DNA of 64,000 bases from Octopus bimaculoides (lineage: Eukaryota): assembly GCF_001194135.2 (NCBI RefSeq), contig NC_069005.1, positions 566,521 through 630,520 of the forward strand, in the 5' to 3' direction. Position numbers and translations under genes: made by a program. Below, piece by piece: positions 24,060 to 35,300 of the stretch. The notes below the pieces were generated by a model. That model was not told where the DNA came from and did not search any database. It saw only the letters and a list, made by a program, of their open reading frames with translations. The first letter of the stretch is position 1, and every line of letters begins with the position of its first letter.

Positions 24060-27000
24060 CCTATTTTTCTGTTCTCAAGAAGCTCACCTCTACCAACATA
24101 ATCTTTTATCATCTTATGGGGGATTAAGGAGCCAATGGATGAAAACATGTCCAAGCTTCAATGAATCAACAAAAATTGAAAAATCATAAACTGGTTAAAT
24201 GTTTCTATTTTAAATGTTTTTTTGTTTTTTTAAGTTTCCATGAAGACGCAGCTGAGTGGTGGTTTGCCAATCACTTGGTTTCAGGTTCAGTCTTAAGGCG
24301 TGGCATCTTGGGCAAGTATCTTCTATAGCTTGGGTGTGAATTCAAAAGCATCAAAAGGTCTTTAAGGCCAGTTTCTCCAGATTCTGTAGTGTGTTTTCCC
24401 CCACTTGGACAGGACACCAGTCCCTCACAGGGTAACTCATTTTTATCAACTGAGTGGACTAAAGCAGCATAAAATGAAGTGTTTTGCTCAAGAACACAAT
24501 GCATTGCCCTGACCGGGAACCAAAACTACAATCACAAGTGCAACACCTTAATCACTCCCCTCTACTTGAGTGAATTAGATAGATGGAAACTGAAAGAAGC
24601 CCATCATATATGTGTGAGTTACATAGGCAGTGTTATTCATTTCCAATATTCTGTGAAAATATGTCTGGCTGTGGGGAAATATTACCTTTGTTGGAAACAG
24701 GTGAGAGTTGACGACAGGAAGAGCATCCAGCCACTGAAAATGTGCATCAATAAACTCCATCTGACCCATGCAAGCATGGAAAAATGGATGTTAAAATGAC
24801 AACAACAACGATGATGAAGATGATGATGTTCTGAAATTTGATTTCCTGTTTCAGTCTGCAGACGCAGTTTAATCTGGAGATAGAATTATTCATGGAAATG
24901 GTGATTTTTGCCTGTAATTCAGGCAGGTAATCAACAGAGAACACTTCTTTGCTTGAAGACAGTTCATTCCTGGGGTCAATTTTTGACCCTTGAGAAATGA
25001 TGATTGTCAAATACCTTAGAAAGGTGAAAATAAAATTCCATCACCTCCTCCTCCTTGTTGTTTTAAAGAACCATTGTCTTCCTTTTCGTTGTGGTCAAAT
25101 TTCCATAAAACAGAAGGGTTGACATAAGAGAAGCCATGCCAAAGGTGACATAGCTCTATGGCTCATGAGATCCTGCATGGAAGGCAGGATCAGTTAAATG
25201 AAGACAACAATGTTAATATTGATCTTTATTATTTCTAGTCACTGCCACAAAGTGGTCTTGTTAGCCTCAGCAATTAACTCCATTTTTGAAAAAGAGATAA
25301 TTGTTGTTGTTTGAGGTTTTACGTCAAACTCCAGCAAGATTTCAACTTACAACGTAAAGACAGATGAAATACGATCTGAGTTAAACTTTGTCTTACATCC
25401 TTTCAGGGTCAATAAATTAAGTACCAGTTGCATACTAGGGTTAATCTAATCGACTGGCCCCCTCCTCCATAATTTCGGGCCTTTTTTTTCTTCCACCCAC
25501 TTCACATTAAATTATTCAAAGTCACAAACACTTGAAATCTGGTTTTACAGACTCAGTTGAATCAACCCAAAGCCACAAAATGTCAGCAAAAAAACCTTCT
25601 TAGAAAAAATTTGGTTTATTTCTTCAGAAAAGTCAATCAACAGATAAAAATTTAGTTAAAATACAAAAAATTTTTTTGATATATCTTTTTCATAAAAAAA
25701 AAACAAAAAGTTCAATGTTCGTATTTTCTTTTTTTTTTAAGATTATTTTTGTCTTGTTTTAATGATATCCAGAAAAAAGAACCTTCTCCTTCCACCCGCT
25801 GACAAGAGTGTCTCTTCTTCACTCTAAAATCTACATCAGAATTGAAAAGGGTTCTGTCTACCTTTCAGAAGTAATTAGTTATTTCAGTCACCAAGTGGTG
25901 TCAAAAACATTGCTTTTAGAGAAGATTCCTCATTAAATAACTTTCTCCTTAACTGACCACAAGTGTCTTGTCCAGTTGACTTCAAAGATGGAACCACTAA
26001 TCGCTGCACCGAGAGGAGTTTGCAGTAAACGGACATCACTGTAGAACTTCCAGGAAGAAATATTCAAATGGATGGGGGTAGCTTGCAGGGGTAAAGCTGC
26101 AGCCAATTGGGAGCCCTACACATCAGGTTAGTTTGTTTCAGTTAATTTGGCACAAGGCCAGCAATTTTAAGGGGAAAGTCAATTAGATCGACCTCAGTAT
26201 TCAACTGGTACCTTATTTTATTGACCTGAAAAGGACAAAAGGCAAGGGTTGACCTTGTTAGAAATCAAAGAACCTGGAAAGAATCCTGCTAAACATTTTG
26301 TCAAACTCACAATTCTGCCAGTTTGGCACCAAAATGACACCCAATCATGGATCTTTTTGGGTTAAACAATTTCTCTCAGAATAAAATACCTGATGAGGGG
26401 TAAAAATAAATAAAACTGTCATCTGTTTTTTCACAGACAATGTGTGTGTTGTATATACATATTAATTATATATATATATATATATATCTATACACACATA
26501 CATATATTTTTCAGCACATCAATTAGCAAACCAAATATTGTTCTTTGTTTCAGAGCTTTAAAAAGAAACGAAGTAAATAATTTTGTAAAAGACTTAGTTT
26601 ATAGTAAACCAGTGGTCTTTCTTGTTACCTCTCCAGGGTGCAAGAGTTTCCTATTCTGGTTAGAGAGGGAGAATCAGGTGGAACGTTTGTTTCATTTATC
26701 CACTGAGTTTGAATCTCTCATCCCATCCCATCCCAGACACCTAGTACTTGTGTTGGACAGTCATCAGCTTCTTTTAATTAATATCGGTTGAACCTACTTA
26801 GCAACACTACACGAGGAAGGTATTATTATTATTATTATTATTATTATGTCACAACCAAGATGCTCTTCTTAGTGTGTCAACACCTCACTATTGAAATGAA
26901 GGACAAAGGTCAAACCATCACTATTAGGATACTAAACGATTCTCTTTACAGCCAAGGTGAAGTGGGATTTTAAAAGCAATTTTGTGGCCAGAGTTATGTA

Positions 27001-29329
27001 TCAATGAACTGATATTATTTGGAGGGGGGGGGATATCTTGTATTTATTGTTGTTATTGACAACAGCAATAGAAAATAGGGTCTCCTAAGAAACGACAATA
27101 ATCTAACATTCATCTTTGACATGTTCCAGTCATAGGACTGTGCCCAAGCTGGAGCACTGCTCTGAACAGTTTTTAGTCAAATCAACTCCAGTACTTTTTT
27201 TTTTTTAATCTGGTACATATTCAATTGGTCTCTTTTATTGAACTGCTAAGTTATAAGAGGACATAAACACACCAACACTGTCAAGCAGTAGTGGGGACAG
27301 ACACACAAATACATGCATATATATACAATGGGCTTCTTTTCAGTTTCCATCTACCAATTCCATTCACAAGGCTTTAGTTGGTCCATGGTTATAGTGCCAG
27401 GCAGTGGGACTGAACCCGGAACCATGTGGCTGGGAAGCAAGCTCCTTAACCCCACAGTCATAAAAATTTGAAGACATTCTTTTTTTAATTTATCAAGTGT
27501 TGTCCTATTAAGGAACATCTCCAATGTTGTGTCAGTTATGGTATTATATAATAACAAAACTGTTTTAAATGAAACTATGATTTAAGGGTCACCACAACAA
27601 TGTCAGCAACAAGACCTTGATTTGCTAGAAATAGCAGTCAAATCTTCCTCAAATCAAACCACACATATAAAACTTTTACCTATCTTTTCACAGAAACTTT
27701 GTATATGTTGTGGATTCTTCCATTGGCTTCAATGCACGAAGGCCTAACAACCAATATTACAGATGACCCCACGCAAAGGACCTATTTTCAATGGTGGAGG
27801 TTTGCGAAGGAGAGCCAGACTTTTTGAAAAAGTTGATGCAAATGGTTTGCTGCAAACCCAATGAACAACGGGCATCGGGCTTTTCTATGAAGAGTTTCTC
27901 GACCTCCTCAATTATTTGCGCTTGCCGTGGCCAACAGTCCGACCCAACTTCATAGACTGAATGNNNNNNNNNNNNNNNNNNNNNNNNNNNNNNNNNNNNN
28001 NNNNNNNNNNNNNNNNNNNNNNNNNNNNNNNNNNNNNNNNNNNNNNNNNNNNNNNNNNNNNNNNNNNNNNNNNNNNNNNNNNNNNNNNNCCCCCCCCCCC
28101 CCCACACATAGCAGAGCATCAACACAGTGGTGCTAAGAGATCCCGTGACATCTCAGATATTTGAGAAAATATGTTTTAATTCATATAAATCTAAATGAAA
28201 ACAAAATGAAATTAATCTGATTAAAGTTCAAGAAACGACGAATGTTAATTACTGCTTTGTGGGCAAAACCACTGATAGTTCCAGTATTAAAAGTCTCTAA
28301 AGGCAATAACTATACAATCCCCCCATAACCATCCCCTGGCTCTGGGTCCAAACTTGTTTTGACATGTTAAGCCATGTTCCAAATACCAAAATTAATAATG
28401 ACTAAGTTATCTAAGTTCTTCATTATTTTCAATGTTAACTAAAACAAGGCCAGAATATTTTAATAGAATTATGGTAAGAACCCAGTGAAAGACAAAGTCG
28501 AATCAGGGAACAAAAATGGAAAAACTGGAGGAAACTGCAACTAACCTGTTGCTAAGTTGTAGCAGGGTGTACCGAAACAAAGACAATGGTCAGACCATAC
28601 AAGTTCCATAATGACTGCGAATCAACCCCCATGTATTACTGGTACACAGTCTATCAACACCAGAGAAATGAAAGATAAAACTTTTGTTTTCTAAGTTAGT
28701 CAAGAGAAGGGGTGGGGGCAGATAGCTGACCCCCAACAGTATTTGAGCTCATCCATGTAGAGAAGCAGTTCCAAGCATAGGGACCACCACTGTAGAAATG
28801 GAAGGTCTGTGGATTGCAGTGCAAAAGATATTAGTTACACACAATTATTATTCTGTTGCATCTTTTAATTGAGAGATGGAAACAAGAAAAGAAGTTTGTT
28901 GCTTGTTAATTGATTGGTTAGACAGCGAAAGGGTCTACCTACCTGACTTGGGGTCTGTAGGGTAGGAGTCCTTAATAGTGAAGAAGAAGCAGAGGGAACC
29001 ACAGATATAATGTTGTGACAACTAAATATTTCATTCCATTCACACCTGTGTTGGACAACTCGTTTACCTGACTAAACTCTTCACAAGGATTTCTTGTAAA
29101 TGCTGAAAAGTTTCATTTCTAATAAAGGAGAAAACATTGTAGAAATCACGATTACATTTCTACAAACTCTCAATGTAGTTTGAATGTGAAATAATAATAA
29201 TAATAATAATGAATTTTTTTGGAATATTGATTATTTATAGATGTCATGGATGATGGTACGAGTGATTGATGACCTCAGAAATAAATTACAATCAGCATTA
29301 AAAAGCAAAATAACAACAAGGAGTAGAAG

Positions 29330-29800
29330 ACATTTCGCCCCAACCAGAACAGCTTGCAAATAAGAAATATGCCAAGGAAAAAGTCTCCTGCTCCAGAGAA
29401 ACAAGGAGCCATCACACCTGAGAGTCTTATCCACTGACAGAAGACAACATCCAAATCCACTGGGATTATTCCTAATTGCAAGGAACAACATGGAAATAAT
29501 AGAAAGATTCTTCAGGCAGAACATTTAGATTTTGTAGACCTTCTCAGAGACACACCAAAATAAAACAGAGCAGGAGTTGGAGGAATGAAGAAACTGTGTA
29601 GTTGATGAAATCCATGAAGTGACATGTCCAACACCATTGAAATGGGTAAAGGTGTCCTCTTTAAAGATGTAGAGAAGAAAACCATTTGAAATGTGTAATC
29701 AGAGAGGAAGCATCCAAGCAAGGAATAGTAGAAGATATATTGTGTGGGTGGCTGAGGAGAAAAGTTTCCATTCTAGATAGAGTCACTATGGAAACGAAGA
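29330..29800 (+). mobile_element. Heavily decayed LINE reverse-transcriptase remnant
   Basis: IRNMPRKKSPAPE (cf. M..KSPGPDG) and downstream fragments resembling the RT FDSV..IWNVL region; many stops. Confidence 0.35.
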
Positions 29801-30119
29801 GAGACAAATCAAAAATGCAGATGGTTGAAATTCAATATCTAAACTTAAAGGAGACTTCAGGACAAAATGGCCTTCATTAATAGAATTGAAATATTGCAGG
29901 ACTGGGCTTCAGTTCAACTAGTGTGTGTGTCTATGCATATATTTACACACACACTCAAGGTTGCATAGGTTGGACAAAGTTTACAGATTTTCTATGGCTG
30001 GATACCTTTTTTGTAGTTAAGCCAAGTAATATTTTCCTCACAGCCAGGCTTGGTTTTGCAGAATGTTGGAAATGAATGACACTGCTTAGATAACAATCTT
30101 GATATCTTTCGGACAACCA

Positions 30120-30740
30120 TGCGATGATCGTTCATGCATGAAGACTTTTTTAAAAAATGGTGGAGGAGATACAGAGTGTTGGTGACAATGTCTTCATTTG
30201 GCCAGATGAAAAGATATTCATCGTGGAGGTTGTAGTAAACACCCAGAACGACAGGATTTTGGCCACAAGGTCGGATGCTGTTCCTGAAGGCACCTGTAAA
30301 GTGTCTTGTGCAATGAAACCCACCGGAGTGATGGTTTGGGCAGCAGTATCATCTGATGGTGGGAAATCTCCTCTGGTCAATTCAGTAATTTACATGAAAA
30401 CATTGGAGGATAATGTTTTGCCATGGGCGACCAAAGCATTTGGAGATAATTACAGATTCTTGCAGATCGGTGCTTCTTCTCATCCATCCAATGTAACACA
30501 AGTGGTGCAGCAGGTTCTGGGACGAGAATGTGTTGGCCTTTCTCTAGCCCAGATCAATCCTATGGACTTTGCTATTTGATCCATTCTAGAACGAGATGTT
30601 TCAAGAATTTCTTTCAAAAATATCACTGCACTGAAGAACAACCTTAGTTGCATCATGGGATCGTTTCAAGTGAAGTCGTCGTCCAGCGTTCGCGTAACCC
30701 TTTTCTCGCCCATCTTCAGGCGATTCTAAAAGTCTTTAGG
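30120..30740 (+). mobile_element. Tc1/mariner maT(DD37D)-like transposase pseudogene
   Basis: IWPDEKIF.VE..NTQNDRILA...VMVWAAVSSDGGKSPL...YMKTLEDNVLPW...F.Q.GA..H.SN.TQ...INPMDFAI*SILE. Confidence 0.85.
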
Positions 30741-31894
30741 TGGACAGTGAATGCAACTTACCATTGTTACATGACAATATTTAATTAAATCCTAAAGAAC
30801 TTGTGTGTTTTTGTGCCCTTTACTAAAAATGGACCAAAAATCAATTGGGAATTCTTTACGGCGCACCGTCTAGTACAGGACCAGAGGGAGGTCGCTGATC
30901 TAAGTGGCCTCTGTATTTAATATTGAGTCGACAAGAGACCAAAGCTGAAGGAGACAAAACAAAGTAAGTTTGAGCGCCAAAGCATAAAGGGACATAACCC
31001 AAAAGCATAGAGTAGTTTCTGACACCCGATTATCTCCCCTCTTTCTTTGGCACTTGGCCAGCAGCATTTTGTCCAACGCACCAACAATTCTGCCAATACT
31101 GATAATGATGGTAATTGTTTTGCGGGGAGGGAGAGGCTGGATAGTCAGGTCACTTTCATGAGCCCCCAATGGGGCGAGAAGCAGAACCAAGCCCAGAAAG
31201 AGAGATTAAAGAGACAAAAACTGAAGCCCAGTGGTGTCCATCTATGTCAATCCACTACCTCTACAAATGATGATGATGATGATGTTTCCTACAGAGACAA
31301 CACAAAACTTAAGATTTCATGGAGAGAGATAGAGAGTAGATGGGAGTGTGTGATGTTCATCCATTCCCAGGAAGGATCCAGCAGTGGTTGTAAGTGAAAT
31401 GAAAAAAACAAACAAAAAAAGGCTCCAATTTGGAATCAAAATAAAAGTTGAGGACTTTCAGTTTTTACTGGGAACATTATAAATAATAACAACATTATTC
31501 AAGTAATGGAGTTAAGAAGTAATAAACTCGTTAGCGAGAAGGCTTCGTCTACGAGTCAGGAATCTCTGTTGAAGACAATTCACTTATACTCATGATGCTA
31601 ATACTCTGAAGAAACGTCATGTACTCCTCCTCTTCCTCACTTCTTTGGCAATGCCAATAATAACAATAATGATAATAATTAAAATAATAATAATAATAAT
31701 AATAATGACAATGATTTCTTGCACAGGCACAAAACCAGAAATTTGTGATTGCAAGGAGGGAATGGTTGATATCGAACCTTTCCATCATAATAATAATAAT
31801 AATAATAATAACAATAATAGTAGTAGTTCCAGAATGTTGGAAACAAAAATGAGATTAGTTGTTGGTGTTAGCAGTATGATGGTGGGTCAGTTGG

Positions 31895-32300
31895 TCATTC
31901 CAAAACCTCAATCTTCAGCTGTGGATAATGACCAGATGCTGAGGATACAGACGATGGCATCTGCATACGCTTCCACTCCAGTTTGGCACGGAGATCACTG
32001 CCAGTATTGAAGAATGGTTGAGTGTCAGCATCAATGGAATCGTCTGACCCCTCTTCGTCGTCCTGTTCTTCCTCGTCATCATCGTCGTCATCACTTCTCA
32101 CAGCTATATGGCCCCTCGGATACTTACTCATGCCAACATTGTCGGATCTGGATAAAAGCTGTCGAGCATCTTTCACCGGTTTACTGCTGCTGCTGCCTGA
32201 CAAACTGCCTACCCAGTTCTGTATGCCATGACCACCACTGCCGATCCTGTGCGATAACGAGCCACTACCAATCCTATGTGACACTCTAGAATGACCAGAC
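31895..32300 (-). CDS. NCBP3: NCBP3 terminal exon (SHRIGSG x2, acidic tract, PQLKIEVLE*)
   Basis: ttccag acceptor; TGA at 31897-31895. Confidence 0.93.
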
Positions 32301-35300
32301 CTGGAAGAGAAAGAAGACGTCTAATTAGAATTATTCGTTCGTTAGTCATTGTCGTGTTTTTTTAACAGCTTTCACTTTTCCATGCTAGCCTAACGTNNNN
32401 NNNNNNNNNNNNNNNNNNNNNNNNNNNNNNNGGGGGGGGAAAGGCAATTCCATTGACCCCTAGTACTTGATTTGTACTTTATTTTAACTCAGAAAGGAGG
32501 AACGGCAAAGCTGACCTAGGCAGAATTTGATCTCAGAATGGAAAGAGCCCCAAAAAATGCCAACTAAGCATTTTGTCCAACATACAATTCTTCCAGCACA
32601 CCCACCACCTTCCCTGTCACCAAGGAATATTTCCCGGTGACCAGACATGTTTTCATGGAATGTTGAAAAACAAAGGGCACCACTTGTATGACAGTGACAC
32701 TCATTTACAACTTTCACACAAAGCAAGGAGACAGGATCACAAACACACACACATGGGGATTACAGGGATATATGTGTGTGTGTGTGTGTGTATGTTTACA
32801 TGGTTCAAATGTACAGAAAACAAAAGAGAGAGAGAGGGGAGGGAACAACAAGCAGTTGATTTGACATTCAGGTAAAATGGCACAAAGTCTCTGACGTCTC
32901 AACAGAAAGGGTTAAGGGGACAGAAAATGGAGAGCCAGAAAGAAATGTGTCAGGATTACACATGAGTTTCTTTCAGTCTTCACTCATTACCAAATCCAGT
33001 TAACAAGGCTTTGTTTGGCCTGAGGTGACATTAGAAGACACTTGCTCATGATGCCACACGGAGGGACTGAACCCAAAACCATGTGGTTCGGGAGCAAAGC
33101 CCTTAACCACTCACCCAACAACAGATTCCTCACCTTTTCGCCTTTAACTCGGCTTCAACATCATCTGCATACATTCTCATCATACGATGTTTTGCTGGTG
33201 GTGGTGCTGCTGCTGTTGTTGTTGCCGCTGCCGCTGCTGCCTGTACAGAAGATGCTAAGTCATCATGAAGGTGTCTGCTCGACCAATCTGCAGAAAAGGA
33301 AAAGAAACTTCAATTTCTGATAAGAATTAAAAAAAAAAAACACATTTTACACTGTTGCCATGGCAACGAAAAAATAAGAAAATTGCAACTATAATGTAGA
33401 CAGAGACATGGCAGTGCAGTTAAACAGCTTGTTTTTCCAATCACATGGTTTGAGGTTCAAGTCCCACTTCAGGGTACTTTAGTGTTTATGTTTGTGACTC
33501 CCTGTTTTGATACCACATGATAATTAAATGAGTGCCACTGTCATTTAATTCCAATATTCTGCAAAAACCTGCCTGGCCACGAGAAGGTAAGGGCACCCAC
33601 CTGGCCAGAGAAAATCGGTTTCAATAAACATCATCTTTTTATGTCTGAGTTCCATGCTGACATGGATTGGATGGTTTGATAGGATCTGGTGAGGAGTCCA
33701 ACACTGGGCCCCAACGTCTGTTTTGGTATGGTTTCCACAGCTGGACAGCCTTCTTAATGCCAACCACTTTACAGGGCATACGGGATGATTCTTGGTTTTC
33801 ATGGGATCAGCACTTGTGAGGCTGATCCCATGAAACTCACAAGACAAAGGTTCTCTTTGACTGAGAGGGATCAGAATAGTGAGGGTGGTCGGGTTTATGT
33901 GAGGGGGTGGAAGCATAAAGAATGAAAGAAAGAGATTTAGGGATTTTGTAAGAAAAGCCAAAATGTACAAGGAAGACATAAAACTGCAGCAGAAATCAAT
34001 TACCAGACAATTCTACTCGATCGGATGCCGTTAGATTATTCAGATTATCTTTTATGTTTTCATTGGGAATCTCGTCCTTCACTGAGCGGATTCGCCGTTT
34101 GCTACAAAATCAAAGAAAGATGAGAAATTAGATACGGGTTTCACATACTACTACTACTACAACTACTACTACTACTACAGTTTGTTGATTTTGTTTGTTT
34201 TTTGTATAAGTTCCTCTCTCCCTTGTCAACTTTGTCGTGTGTGTGTTTATTATATCAAAAGCTGACCACTTACTCCGAGTTTCACAGCTGTGAGGTGGAG
34301 AAAGGGGTCTTGTAGATTAGATGGATGCTGGATGCATTTGAACTGTTTCATGAGGACAATCTTCCAGCACACAAGTCCTTGGTTTCAATGGCCACCATGC
34401 ATGACTATGGCTTTGAAGTGATTGATCACTGTTCAATGTCCTCCTAATTTGGCCCCCATCTGCCTATCCTCTGTTCCCTGACACTTGGCTGAGAAGTTTT
34501 GTTGCAGTGATGAAGACGTCATATCTGCTGTCGATGACTTTTTTGACCCACATATTTAAAGCTTCTTTACCAATGGGATCCTAGCACAGCAACAGTGATG
34601 GAAGAAGTGTGTGGACCGCAAGGGTGGGGGTGGACTATGTTGAAAAACAAACCACATTTGGCCACAATCCATGAGAGGACCTTGGTCAGCCTATGAACTT
34701 TTCAGCTGACACTTGGATACAGACACAGATATACACTTAACCATATTTATAGATGCATATATTAATATTAACTTAAATATTTCTATTTATAATGCAAGTC
34801 AAACATATGATTGTGTGTATATATATATAGAGAGAGACACAAAGAGAGAGACAGAGAGAGAGAGAGAGGGTACACACACATATACTTACCGGGATTTGCT
34901 AATGAGGCCTTTCATACCTGAAATGAGAAAAGGAAACATTTTCAAAACTGAGTTTTTTCCCAATGAAATTCTCAACCTGACTAATCTTCATTTCTCTGAA
35001 TCAGGATGAAAGAAAACACTAAATGTTATTTTGTCCAGCATTGACTGTGGCACCTGGCACTAAAAAGATGTGACACTTCACACTTACAACAGAATACATT
35101 TCTTTTATCAAATTAATCCAACATCATTTCCAGTGACACAAAGAATTCAGTGAAATTGCAATGGGGAGCGGAATATCCCATCTTCTGAGTAAAGTTCACA
35201 GGAAAGAAATTAATGAAAGCCATCAGTTTTACATCCCGTATGGTTGAGAAACTGGCAGTAATTTCACTGATCTTTTCTGCCACTTTTTCCAAATAATACA

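Noticed and set aside
24855-24926. Exon-like segment (tttcag ... gtaatc) after the KIF12 stop
   Set aside because: Lies beyond the TGA, its peptide is unrecognisable, and it has no compatible donor
27730-27963. Possible mariner 3' fragment on the - strand
   Set aside because: Resemblance too weak and truncated by a gap
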